In this document: positions 1 to 9,785 of the stretch, one piece after another
Layout of the letters: each line of letters begins with the position of its first letter
Numbering within the stretch: position 1 is the stretch's first letter
IMG/VR virus record: IMGVR_UViG_3300020048_000007
Span: 1 to 64,000 of that record
Origin: a virus
Lineage: Duplodnaviria; Caudoviricetes
Direction: 5' to 3' (one strand)
DNA length: 64,000 nucleotides
Position numbers and translations under genes: made by a program
Notes under the pieces: generated by a model
Seen by the model: the letters and a program-made list of their open reading frames with translations, nothing else
Database searches by the model: none
What the model was told of the DNA's origin: nothing

Positions 1-172
<172 letters not shown>

Positions 173-224
173 ATTAGACTAGACCCAAATTACCAAGACT
201 ACCGAGAAAGAAAAAGAGGTATAA

Positions 225-647
225 ATGGCGCTCACGATCTCAAACGCACTCCGAACAGCCGCCTGCAACGCAATAACCGCTCTAGTCGACGCAGGAACAC
301 TGAATCCAAACGGTTACGTTAACATATACACAGCACCAAGGCCATCAGGCCCAACAGCCGCACCGACACCCGCAACCAGACTGGCCACCGTACCCCTGTC
401 TAACCCAGCATTTACCCAAGCCACAGATGGCGAAGCGGTAGCAAACGCAATGGGCCTAACCGGTATACCAGTAGAAGGAACTGGCACAGCGGCATGGTAC
501 AGGGTCTTCAACCGAGACAATATCGCATTATGGGACGGATCAGTTACCCTGTCTGGTGCCGGGGGCGATATGCAATTCAACGATATAGCATTCGTGCTAA
601 ACGGGCGAGTGGTCTTAAACAGCTTTAAAGCAGTGATGCCTCAATAA
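225..647 (+). CDS. Putative virion structural (tail-associated) protein, 140 aa
   Basis: GAGG SD upstream. The pattern ISNALRTAACNAITALVDAG...IYT.PRP...LAT..L..PAF...GTAAWYR...DGSV resembles small phage tail-associated proteins. Confidence 0.6.
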   Translation: MALTISNALRTAACNAITALVDAGTLNPNGYVNIYTAPRPSGPTAAPTPATRLATVPLSNPAFTQATDGEAVANAMGLTGIPVEGTGTAAWYRVFNRDNIALWDGSVTLSGAGGDMQFNDIAFVLNGRVVLNSFKAVMPQ

Positions 648-1585
648 GCTTCTAAAGCGGATGCTATAACCCGATAAACGGCAATCAGTTCCAATCTCGC
701 AGCAGACTCATCTTTGCTGATAGCTTGGAACTCTTTCCCCAGGCTAGTATACCATTCCTTATAAAAATTCATATTGACCTTTAAAGCTTCACCGTTAGCT
801 TCGACCTGCGTAGTCCTAATAGTGCTAGCTGATAAATTAGCATTCGACTCAGCCAATTCAGCGACCTTTCTAAAGGAAGCAGCCAGAGCCTTGAAGTCTT
901 TCTTTTTATCTTCCTCAGAGTAATTGGTACCAGTCACTAATTTGAGAGATGACTTAATGCGACCAGCGGTTTCATTTAACCCGCCACTGCGATCAGTCTG
1001 AACTTTTATCGATTGGCTCGAATTTACATCTGACCCTACAGATACCTTCTTAACGATAGTATCCGTGCGATGCTCCAGTAATTTAAGTTCATCGTTTATA
1101 AACGCGTATGTTGCAGTGAGAATGATAGTATACTCTTGGGACTTGATGCCGGTGCCGAATATTATCTTCGAGCTATCAACCCAAGGGATGACCCTTGGAG
1201 GGGGCGGCAAAATAGTCCAACAATAGATTACTGATTTCAGACCAGCAGGTATTTTCTCAATAGGCTTAATAGAGAGCTCAACCAGATTACCAAGATCTAC
1301 CGGAGTATCAGCGCCCAATACTTCAATAGTTGGTAGCTGAAATTTATCTGGACCAGCCTCGAATATCACTGGTGGCATAGTGCCATACTCAGATCTGGCA
1401 TTCGTAGCATCTTTTATGCTTAGAACATCAGATGTGTTCAGTATCGGTTTTTTTACAGCGACATTTAAAATGTCTTTAGGCGTAGGAGCCTCAACCACAG
1501 GTGGCGGCTGAGGCACTTGCGTGTCTTGCGCGTTTGCCACGTTGATTAATAATAAGCCAATATAGAAAACGCGCTTTTTCATCAT
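641..1585 (-). CDS. Exported protein: signal peptide + beta-sandwich + helical C-terminal domain
   Basis: N-terminus MMKKRVFYIGLLLINVANA|QD looks like a Sec signal. The C-terminal domain (KALAASF...EANGEAL...YKEWYTSL) is paralogous to ORF 3156-3863. Confidence 0.7.
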   Translation of the reverse strand: MMKKRVFYIGLLLINVANAQDTQVPQPPPVVEAPTPKDILNVAVKKPILNTSDVLSIKDATNARSEYGTMPPVIFEAGPDKFQLPTIEVLGADTPVDLGNLVELSIKPIEKIPAGLKSVIYCWTILPPPPRVIPWVDSSKIIFGTGIKSQEYTIILTATYAFINDELKLLEHRTDTIVKKVSVGSDVNSSQSIKVQTDRSGGLNETAGRIKSSLKLVTGTNYSEEDKKKDFKALAASFRKVAELAESNANLSASTIRTTQVEANGEALKVNMNFYKEWYTSLGKEFQAISKDESAARLELIAVYRVIASALEAY

Positions 1586-1908
1586 ACACCCTTACGCCAG
1601 TCATCTAGGAGAGTGATCGTTAGTTGAACCAAATACCGGAGTAGGACACCCCATGGGATGCTTACCTGAGGATCAATACTGCCTTCTGAGGCAGCCAATT
1701 TTTCTAATACTTCCAGGCCATTTTGGTCAGATTCCACATCTTCCTTCATGAGAAGAGGCGGGTTACCAAACAATTGGTTTTGAGCGTAGCCTTGTACGAC
1801 CCAGATATTATAAGCAAGGAGGGCAGCACTGTCCTTGACATTTCCACTCTTAGCGATATCAAGGACCTGTCGAATTTCAGCAAACGGAATGGAGCTAGGA
1901 TACGGCAT
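1582..1908 (-). CDS. Hypothetical protein with a hydrophobic C-terminal helix
   Basis: ATGA-coupled to the next gene; ends IPWGVLLRYLVQLTITLLDDW. Confidence 0.7.
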   Translation of the reverse strand: MPYPSSIPFAEIRQVLDIAKSGNVKDSAALLAYNIWVVQGYAQNQLFGNPPLLMKEDVESDQNGLEVLEKLAASEGSIDPQVSIPWGVLLRYLVQLTITLLDDWRKGV

Positions 1909-1911
1909 GGT

Positions 1912-2181
1912 TCACCTACATTTTCCAGTGTTACATGCGGCAGACCGAAATAGTCTCGCACTAACCTTATTAGTTACCACAGGAGAAGAATAGTAATAAA
2001 CAGGTACAGCGACGGCGGGGAGAGTCGGCAAGGCAGATTGTGGAATAAGGATCGGAGAGACAGGTGGTTCGACCACCTGTTTGGCGACCTGCTTCTCTCC
2101 TAGCAAAGAGAAATCGGGTGAAGGGCACAGATCAAAAGAACCCTGCGCCGATACGAGAGCCATGGCGATGGATATGAGCAT
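1912..2181 (-). CDS. Small exported protein, Pro-rich, ending in ACNTGKCR
   Basis: Signal-like MLISIAMALVSA; 3-nt and 9-nt gaps to its neighbours. Confidence 0.65.
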   Translation of the reverse strand: MLISIAMALVSAQGSFDLCPSPDFSLLGEKQVAKQVVEPPVSPILIPQSALPTLPAVAVPVYYYSSPVVTNKVSARLFRSAACNTGKCR

Positions 2182-2190
2182 TAAAACCCC

Positions 2191-3159
2191 TTAGATTAGC
2201 CAGTAGTTAGGACGCTGCGAAGGAAACCCAACGAATTGACTGAACGCGAAGGTCTCACCCTGTCTCACGATGAAATCCATCTCGTTTTCAGCGATCCAAA
2301 AGGAACCAGGAGGAGATCCGTCAGGTGGAACACCGTGAGCGTCTTGCCCCCAAGAATTCAAAACGCAAAAAATCCGACCGAATTGTGGGTGTTTCCAAAT
2401 GCCAATTATGCACATTTGGTGCTGCCAAGATGTCACCCTCTTATTAAGCAAGATAGATGGGCTACCTTGAGCAGCAGGGCGCATCTGCCCTCCCCAGTTG
2501 CTCGCTATAGTACAAGGATAGCCATTGGCAAGTGCAGCCCAGACATCGTTTGTACTGCGGCAATTAGCTGCGGACTTAACGATATAATTCCGACTCTGAG
2601 TCAGAAACGTCTCGGAGATCGCTGCGCCATCAGACCATTTGTACTCTACTTTCTTACCCCACGTTATACCGTTTGTAGTTGAAACGGGAGGCAGATCAGC
2701 GTGGTCAAACGGCAAAATACCATCTTGTAACATAGCCTTGGCAAATGATGAACCCATACTGCCATCACCTTGGCCACGAATCCCAGCTATAGCTCTTGAT
2801 CTGCCATATGGTAGCAAGTAGAATGGAATCTTTGGTGATATATTTTGCTGTGTTCTGACTATCTCCATGGCGCTAAGGTACCAAACTGCTTGTCCTCCAG
2901 CATTGCCGACACATGACCCTGTCTGTTGGTAGAAGGTCTTAAAATGGCTCCCACCATTAACGGCTTTGCTGAAATCCCATAATACGAGTTTTTCAACATC
3001 TGCCTGCGGGCCAATAATATCGAATGATGGCATGTCGCTCATGATCATCTCATGAGCTGAAGACATGACTTGCGGCCTTTGTTCTGGAGGAATCCAGCCT
3101 CCATCAACGAAGTCACCCTCTTGGATAGTTCCCAATAGATCATAGAAAGGAGTAATCAT
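2191..3159 (-). CDS. Papain-family (C1-like) cysteine peptidase
   Basis: Catalytic motifs in order: YQQTGSCVG (oxyanion Gln and Cys), WQHQMCIIG (His), VLNSWG (Asn), GSFWI. Confidence 0.85.
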   Translation of the reverse strand: MITPFYDLLGTIQEGDFVDGGWIPPEQRPQVMSSAHEMIMSDMPSFDIIGPQADVEKLVLWDFSKAVNGGSHFKTFYQQTGSCVGNAGGQAVWYLSAMEIVRTQQNISPKIPFYLLPYGRSRAIAGIRGQGDGSMGSSFAKAMLQDGILPFDHADLPPVSTTNGITWGKKVEYKWSDGAAISETFLTQSRNYIVKSAANCRSTNDVWAALANGYPCTIASNWGGQMRPAAQGSPSILLNKRVTSWQHQMCIIGIWKHPQFGRIFCVLNSWGQDAHGVPPDGSPPGSFWIAENEMDFIVRQGETFAFSQFVGFPSQRPNYWLI

Positions 3160-3863
3160 TTTACACTCCTCAAGCCAGTAGCAAGTTCAGTAAAGGCTGT
3201 TTTGTTTTCTTCTAGAGTATTGAGTAGGCCAGCAGAATACAATGTTTCACATTCATTTTTTAGATTTGTGAACCACGGTTTCCATAATTCACTTGATGTA
3301 CCAAGTGCTTGCCTATTTGCGTCTCTACCAGCAGCCAAAAACTCATCGATGGTTTTAATAGCACCAGCATTTGCAGCAGCCACTGTGCCTTCTAATGCCC
3401 CAGCGAGTGCTGCTGCCTCTGCAGCTTTGTTAGCTGATGTGATCGTAGAGGACCAAAGAACTGCCTTCGATGCGAGTTTAAATTTACCATCTGGCAGCAC
3501 AGGGCTCGGATTAGGACCTGGCCCAGGCCCTGGATTCGGAGTCGGATTGGGGCCGGGATTAGGGCCTGGCGCTGGTGGCGTGCCCTTAATAGTGACCACC
3601 GTCCGCAGAGTATCGACTTGTCTTCCACTGATAAGTCGCAGTTTTATCTTGTAATCTCCAGGTGGTGCCGTGAAGATTAGTAACCCGTCCGCAAATTCCC
3701 TGATATCGACATTGTCTTCTGGATACACGTCCCATAAGACAGCTGCTTCAGGTGCAGCATTAGACACTGTCAATTGGACCAGCTTGTACTGGTCTACCGA
3801 CGTTACCCCAGTAATCTGCGGCGGAGCCGCCATAAGAAGCGAAGTCAAAATAGCAACTAGCAT
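3156..3863 (-). CDS. Exported protein: signal + PKD/Ig-like beta-sandwich + Pro-Gly linker + helical domain
   Basis: Likely start ATG 3863 after a G-rich SD; MLVAILTSLLMAA signal; PGPNPGPNPTPNPGPGPGPNP linker; paralog of 641-1585. Confidence 0.75.
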   Translation of the reverse strand: MLVAILTSLLMAAPPQITGVTSVDQYKLVQLTVSNAAPEAAVLWDVYPEDNVDIREFADGLLIFTAPPGDYKIKLRLISGRQVDTLRTVVTIKGTPPAPGPNPGPNPTPNPGPGPGPNPSPVLPDGKFKLASKAVLWSSTITSANKAAEAAALAGALEGTVAAANAGAIKTIDEFLAAGRDANRQALGTSSELWKPWFTNLKNECETLYSAGLLNTLEENKTAFTELATGLRSVK

Positions 3864-4708
3864 GCTGATTCCCCCCATACATCAACCCACGTTACAACGT
3901 TCGTGTCGCCAGTAATTTCAGTCGGACAGCTAGTCAAAGGCTGGCCATTGATCCCACCGTCAGCGTCAACAACAGCCCAAACGCAAGGCAAAGCATCAAC
4001 GTCTGCCCAACAGTGGCCATCAGATACATATGCCTCGACAGCGTCAGTCGGCTGGCTATCAAGATGAATCTTAAATGAGTCAACAGGACCAAATCTGAAA
4101 TCCATTTCAGGAACCAATCTAGAACCACAATCCGTAGGGTTATCATTACAATCATAAGTCATACGAATAAAGTCATAAGAGATATAATTAGAAGGAATGA
4201 TATTAGGATTGAGTTCATAACCCGATTCAAAGGATATTAGGGCAGCTCCTATATGAGGTGGCACAACGGCGCCTTGGAACAATTTGCCTATCAGAATCCT
4301 GCTGCTAGTGAACACCTTCTCAACCGCAGCGTTGTAAATGTACAGGGTATGGGACTTGTCTGGGTTTCTAACGACATTCCGAATCGTAACTTGGCGGCCA
4401 ATATGGCTTGGATTAAAATAAGGTTCGTCAGACACAAAGGTATACGGGTCGGATACTTCTTTAAAAACGCCCATGGCTCCAGCCAGTGAATAGACCTCTT
4501 TTCTGATGTCTATCTTGCCATACTTGAAAACAATACCGTCTTGCACTCTTACAGCTGGTGGGACTCCATATATATTAGGGTCCAAAACGGTAGTGGTGTA
4601 CTCCACATCCCTAGCATTAACGTAGTCTACTTTATCGACTATATAGATAATATCATAGGTATCTTTATAAAACACTACTGTAGAATTGCTGATCATCGAA
4701 AGCTCCAC
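3857..4708 (-). CDS. Hypothetical protein, 283 aa
   Basis: Long ORF heading the minus-strand operon, downstream of an AAATATATA motif. The start may be ATG 4696 rather than GTG 4708. Confidence 0.7.
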   Translation of the reverse strand: MELSMISNSTVVFYKDTYDIIYIVDKVDYVNARDVEYTTTVLDPNIYGVPPAVRVQDGIVFKYGKIDIRKEVYSLAGAMGVFKEVSDPYTFVSDEPYFNPSHIGRQVTIRNVVRNPDKSHTLYIYNAAVEKVFTSSRILIGKLFQGAVVPPHIGAALISFESGYELNPNIIPSNYISYDFIRMTYDCNDNPTDCGSRLVPEMDFRFGPVDSFKIHLDSQPTDAVEAYVSDGHCWADVDALPCVWAVVDADGGINGQPLTSCPTEITGDTNVVTWVDVWGESAC

Positions 4709-4716
4709 ATGGCTAA

Positions 4717-4725
4717 TATATATTT
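4717..4725 (-). promoter_or_regulatory. Putative phage promoter motif AAATATATA
   Basis: Lies in a divergent intergenic gap; the same 9-mer recurs at 5410 and 11089. Confidence 0.55.
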
Positions 4726-4755
4726 CAGTTACACTGGTTATCTACAGGCTATTAA

Positions 4756-5409
4756 ATGAAAATAATATCTTTCTCCCTCTGGGGCGATAAACCAATTTAT
4801 TGTGTAGGAGCCATAAAAAACGCACAACTAGCCAAAATCTTATACCCAGGCTGGGTCAGCAGATACTATTGTGCAGAAAGCGTTCCCGAATCCATAATCA
4901 AATCATTGAAAAGATATAGCAACGTAGAAATAATCCAGTGCGAAGGACTAGGTGACTGGGGTAACTCCTCCCACCGCTTTAAATGCTTTGACCAAGAAGA
5001 TGCGATAATCATAACAAGAGACTGTGACAGTAGGTTGTCAATCAGAGAAGTCGCAGCAGTCGATGAATGGATAAAAGAAGGCACTGTATGTCATATTGTC
5101 AGAGACCACCCATTCCATAATACACCAGTGTTAGCTGGTATGTTTGGTATAAAAGGTGGCACGGTAAAAGATTTAGCTTCTCATATGAAAAAACCCAAAG
5201 ATTTTTACGGTTACGACCAACAGCTATTAAGAGACTTCGTTTTACCAAGAATGACAAGCAAGACGATTCACGATGAATTCTTTCAAAAAAAGAAATTCCC
5301 GACGGCACGCGTTGGCCTAGAATTTGTAGGTGAAAGATATGATGACCAAGATATACCATATCCAAAAGACCGACGCGCATTATTAATGTATCTCGGTTTA
5401 AATAAATAG
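4756..5409 (+). CDS. Putative glycosyltransferase (GT-A-like, DxD)
   Basis: KIISFSLWG...Y..GAIKNA.LA...YPGW family signature; TRDCDSR DxD motif; LAGMFG; YGYDQQLL. Confidence 0.6.
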   Translation: MKIISFSLWGDKPIYCVGAIKNAQLAKILYPGWVSRYYCAESVPESIIKSLKRYSNVEIIQCEGLGDWGNSSHRFKCFDQEDAIIITRDCDSRLSIREVAAVDEWIKEGTVCHIVRDHPFHNTPVLAGMFGIKGGTVKDLASHMKKPKDFYGYDQQLLRDFVLPRMTSKTIHDEFFQKKKFPTARVGLEFVGERYDDQDIPYPKDRRALLMYLGLNK

Positions 5410-5418
5410 AAATATAAT
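5410..5418 (+). promoter_or_regulatory. Putative phage promoter motif AAATATATA
   Basis: 16 nt upstream of ATG 5435, followed by a GGAG SD. Confidence 0.55.
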
Positions 5419-5434
5419 ATATCAGGAGACACAT

Positions 5435-8400
5435 ATGGCATACGCGCAAATCGACAGAAATCAAGTAAGTTTCTACCTCTTCCCGGTCAATAACAACCGC
5501 ACAGCTTGGCGACCAATTGGCTTACCAATAATGATGGTAGTGCCAAGAAGAAAGATATTCAGATCCACCTATGAGTATATCCAAGTCGAAAACTCAGACG
5601 TACAAAATGTGTCGATCTATATAGAAAACGTAGCCCAGAATGCTTACGTAGTCGGCCAAGACCACATACTCAAAGACGGTTCCCAGCTAAGATACCCAGC
5701 AAGAGAACAATATAGAGTAGTCCTGTCAGCCTACGATCTAAAACAACTCCTGCTAACAAACGAAGTATTAAACTTCAAAGACCCGCTAGGACAGACAGTC
5801 GAATACGAAAATGTAAAGCCGGGAGATTTTTTCGAATACACAATGTCATCCGGCGTGACAGAAACCATACCATACTACTTGGACGCGGATTATTATGACC
5901 TGAGCAGCTACAAGATAGATGTAGAGATCTTACCACCAAACTATTATAATCTAGTTTACAGCGCAGAATTTTACTACCGGACGGTAGACACGTCAGATCT
6001 ATCATTTTTGTGTTTGCAAGATCAAGTGTTGACCACAGCCACATTCAGATTTGGTATTGACCACCCCGGTCACGTCATGCATGAGATGTACCGGCTAACT
6101 CCACCACCATACCTGACTGACGCCTCTAAAGCCAAAGACACAACAGTTGACTTCTATAGGCCATTTAGCGACATCATAAATGACATTTACGATGAGCAAA
6201 CACTGCTCGGCAGCATTAATTGGATAAGCAAGACCCCTCTGGAATTCATACCATACGTCGCATATGTCTTAGGATGGGACCTCCCATACTTTCCACAGAC
6301 CCGTGGTGCGAAATCATTAGACGCTATTAGAAGAGCCATAACGCGATCAGCAGTATACTTTCAAAATCTGAAAGGATCATACAAAGCCCTAAGCCAATTG
6401 TTTGAAATATTCGGATTAACCTCATACGCAGAAAGGCTATACTACTCAAACGACGGGAAGCTATTAATAAGACCTAACGAAAGCCTACCAGCAGAGTACG
6501 CATCAGACTTTATAAAAGCAACAGTGGTCGGACAGGTCGATCTACTTGTCAATGTAAAAAGAACAGAAACAATCGGTGGCCCCATAACCGACGGGGGATT
6601 CAGAGCCGCCGATGCCGAAAATAAAATCTTACGACCTTCCTCAAACGAGCTTATAGGCGCGAAGCTAGAAATAAACACTAATCTGCTTTTCGTGCCAACA
6701 GCAACTTTGAAGATAAACAACACAGACTTGATTGGTAACAGCAACGAACTGACAGTTCTTGCTTATTCGGTCACAATTGGAAGTGAAGCCGATGCTTACT
6801 TGCAAACGGTAAACGCGGAGGTATGGGCAAATCCAACCAGCTTCGACCAAGACTTAATATTGACTGAAGGAAACATATTAGCATCAAGCAAGATATATCC
6901 AGTGGGTGATAATGGCCAAGATCTCGATGGACTACTAGGCAAGAGTGAAATAAGATTCTCCGGAGTACTAGGACAAGTAGTAGCGTCAAGGCATTATTAC
7001 AAAGGATTACCGGATACTCACAATAGCCCACTGAATGATAAAGCAACTTACGATACTCATGATAACATCGTAGATCTCACATACAATGGGTATGTTGATG
7101 CGGAAACAGCGGTTTACATCTACGCCCTTTACACAAGAACCGAATTAGATATACCATCGCAACTGCAAGACTTGCAAAGCCCATATTTCGACATGCAAGT
7201 CATTACTAAAAACTTAGATCAGCAGGTAGACCCTAAAACACTTAGCTTCGCGATAGCATTTCTAAAGAAAGTACAGGCTTTCCATAGCATAATCAATCTC
7301 GTTAGGACCAGCACAGAATTTTATGAAACCTACGAAGTTAATGACCTATCAGTTGGCGGTGGATCAGCACAACGCAGCGATACCGACATCGGAAGATTGC
7401 AAGTTCCTGGAGCAATCATACCTCGCGTTGGCTGCGGTGACCCAATAACGCTAGGCTACAAACAGGCAGATATAATCCTGCGACTTAAGAAATTAAGTAA
7501 TCTCGAAGAGGAATTTGCATCGCAGCAGCTTCTCAATGGTAGATTAGACACAGACATAAATAGCAGACTTTCTCCATTAAAGGCAGACAGTGAAAGCCTT
7601 ACAGGCGAATACGCCCAATACCACCAGAATATCATTAAGCAAGGGCGCACAGAAGAAGTATCCACGAAACTGCACCCAGACCCAAATGCAAACAGCCAAG
7701 CCTACGGGACACAAATCAACCTTCCACTGTCCGCGACGCACGATACCATCAACAGTCAAGTGACAATAGCAAGCACGAACAGGGACACTTCATCATTTGG
7801 CTCCTTCATGGTGGAGAAAAGGGCTAAACCAACACCAGCAGTATACCCACTAAACAGCATAAGCGATTACTCGTACAAAGGCAGAGTAGAAGATCAAATA
7901 CTTTACCAATTAAACCAGAGCAACGCTGAAAATGCCGTTATAGGAACATTCCTAAAGATAGGAACAGGAGTTTACTACACTTTCCCTAGAATCACAAAAA
8001 AACTAAAACCCAACCATTATAGCAGCGGCGCGAAGCAATCAAATCAGGAATATTATAATACAGGAGTTAATCAGGAATACTTTGAGACAACCACAGATGG
8101 GTCTTATCTCAGCAGACTAATAAGATCATATAAAACAGACGGATACGACACCATACATTATACTAACAGGCAATGTTCCTACGTGCCAGACGCTCAGATC
8201 AACCAAGCATATCAAAGACCATCTATCAACATAGAAAAGCCAACCTTACATCTCCCTGGATGCAGATTTCCAGTAATAGGAAGAATGCAAGACAATTACA
8301 TAAATGGCAATATAGCAGCTAAACCTTGGGATGACGCTTACAATAATTGTGATGATAATTCAAAGCTAAACGCCACTTTAAGCGGCAGCAATGAATATTT

Positions 8401-9151
8401 AATCTACGATGAAAAGGACTATACCTCCTACGGTAATAGTAAGATAGCAGACATCTTAAACCTTGGAGATTCCCAGGTTTTAAATCCCGTAATCGCATAC
8501 GCCGAGGATGACATAGTCCACTCAGTCTATAATAACACACCATTGAGCATCTACGTTTCGCTTGACCAAGTGGATCACAGCGGACTTGAAACTACAACAA
8601 TAGATAAACCTTTATTCAGTTCTGCTGTCCCTTGCGTTTCGGGATTCAACGATTATTCAGATGGCTACAAAGCTTTTTATGGCAGTTTCACCGATGAGTA
8701 TAGCCATGATTCAGAGTATGCCGAAGTATTGGTGGGTTTAAATTTTCCTTACTCCGGCACTGAGAGAGGTCCGTTTCTTTTCACCTTGTCATCTGGTATA
8801 TTGTCAGAAACCGGCAAGAGATTGGATATCGGTAGCGTTATAGCTCCTTGTAGTTCCTACAATTATGAGCCCTTCCCTGTGCTACAACCTTATAGTAACA
8901 GTCTAAACTTAACCAGCATGAACAGTGACACCAATAAGACTGCCTTCGGATTGAAGATCATAGATATGGAACCTGGTGCTTTGGGGACTATGGTATCGAG
9001 AATGAGAAACGATGTCGCATTTGTAGTGGATACCAATGATTTCTCGGTTGATAGGGTAAATATTGTGAGCAGACTTTCTAACGTTGAACAAGTTAATGCT
9101 ACCTCCATTACACTCAACGGAACAGTCACCAATCTAATGGAGCTAGTATGA
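5435..9151 (+). CDS. Large baseplate/tail protein with a P2 gpI-like (baseplate wedge) segment, 1238 aa
   Basis: PLEFIPYVAYVLGWDLP...RRAI......FQNLKGSYKALSQLFEIFG matches the P2 gpI-type pattern (LPYLA..LGW...R..I......KGT..+). Confidence 0.65.
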   Translation: MAYAQIDRNQVSFYLFPVNNNRTAWRPIGLPIMMVVPRRKIFRSTYEYIQVENSDVQNVSIYIENVAQNAYVVGQDHILKDGSQLRYPAREQYRVVLSAYDLKQLLLTNEVLNFKDPLGQTVEYENVKPGDFFEYTMSSGVTETIPYYLDADYYDLSSYKIDVEILPPNYYNLVYSAEFYYRTVDTSDLSFLCLQDQVLTTATFRFGIDHPGHVMHEMYRLTPPPYLTDASKAKDTTVDFYRPFSDIINDIYDEQTLLGSINWISKTPLEFIPYVAYVLGWDLPYFPQTRGAKSLDAIRRAITRSAVYFQNLKGSYKALSQLFEIFGLTSYAERLYYSNDGKLLIRPNESLPAEYASDFIKATVVGQVDLLVNVKRTETIGGPITDGGFRAADAENKILRPSSNELIGAKLEINTNLLFVPTATLKINNTDLIGNSNELTVLAYSVTIGSEADAYLQTVNAEVWANPTSFDQDLILTEGNILASSKIYPVGDNGQDLDGLLGKSEIRFSGVLGQVVASRHYYKGLPDTHNSPLNDKATYDTHDNIVDLTYNGYVDAETAVYIYALYTRTELDIPSQLQDLQSPYFDMQVITKNLDQQVDPKTLSFAIAFLKKVQAFHSIINLVRTSTEFYETYEVNDLSVGGGSAQRSDTDIGRLQVPGAIIPRVGCGDPITLGYKQADIILRLKKLSNLEEEFASQQLLNGRLDTDINSRLSPLKADSESLTGEYAQYHQNIIKQGRTEEVSTKLHPDPNANSQAYGTQINLPLSATHDTINSQVTIASTNRDTSSFGSFMVEKRAKPTPAVYPLNSISDYSYKGRVEDQILYQLNQSNAENAVIGTFLKIGTGVYYTFPRITKKLKPNHYSSGAKQSNQEYYNTGVNQEYFETTTDGSYLSRLIRSYKTDGYDTIHYTNRQCSYVPDAQINQAYQRPSINIEKPTLHLPGCRFPVIGRMQDNYINGNIAAKPWDDAYNNCDDNSKLNATLSGSNEYLIYDEKDYTSYGNSKIADILNLGDSQVLNPVIAYAEDDIVHSVYNNTPLSIYVSLDQVDHSGLETTTIDKPLFSSAVPCVSGFNDYSDGYKAFYGSFTDEYSHDSEYAEVLVGLNFPYSGTERGPFLFTLSSGILSETGKRLDIGSVIAPCSSYNYEPFPVLQPYSNSLNLTSMNSDTNKTAFGLKIIDMEPGALGTMVSRMRNDVAFVVDTNDFSVDRVNIVSRLSNVEQVNATSITLNGTVTNLMELV

Positions 9152-9507
9152 AAAAGCAGGTGCTGCAGAAAAAGATAGAGATCAAGAAAGCAATAGTAGT
9201 AGATGAGCGTAAAGCTGAACCGGTAAAAGACGTTGCTTGTAGGACTGTGTTATACGTTGAAGCTGGCGCTCTGAATACTTCACAGCTACAAGATTTATGC
9301 TCCAGAGTATCTGAGATGTACTTCGATAATCGTGGTGGTATCCATTACATATTGCCAGTCCGCAACGGAAAGATCACAGCAGACATCTTCTTCGAAGAAG
9401 AATGGCTGAGAGTGGCCAGAGAAGTATGTGAAGTAGACCAAAACGGTCAGATAGTGCTGAAAAATGGTGCGACAGAAATCAGGGTAACTAGAGAGTCAAT
9501 TTCATGA
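9148..9507 (+). CDS. Hypothetical protein, 119 aa
   Basis: Overlaps the upstream stop by 4 nt; GGAG upstream. Confidence 0.75.
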   Translation: MKKQVLQKKIEIKKAIVVDERKAEPVKDVACRTVLYVEAGALNTSQLQDLCSRVSEMYFDNRGGIHYILPVRNGKITADIFFEEEWLRVAREVCEVDQNGQIVLKNGATEIRVTRESIS

Positions 9508-9785
9508 TCAACTATAAAGACACACTCACGAACATTGCCAAAAGAGACCTAAGCATAGACTTATTGGCTAAGCAATGGTATGACACAAAGGGCAAATTAG
9601 AAGGATTCTTACTGGCTGGTTCAAGGGACACAGACAGAATCAAGTCTTTATCAAATGATCTATTTAATCTACCCCACGCTGAACGTAAAGATTTTGTGAT
9701 CTTACACTTTGGTCCGAAATATTACGAAAGAATCGAACCGCTCCTACATCAGTTGTCTACTATCGAAGTAGAATATCACAAATAA
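9504..9785 (+). CDS. Hypothetical protein, 93 aa
   Basis: ATGA coupling with the upstream ORF. Confidence 0.7.
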   Translation: MINYKDTLTNIAKRDLSIDLLAKQWYDTKGKLEGFLLAGSRDTDRIKSLSNDLFNLPHAERKDFVILHFGPKYYERIEPLLHQLSTIEVEYHK

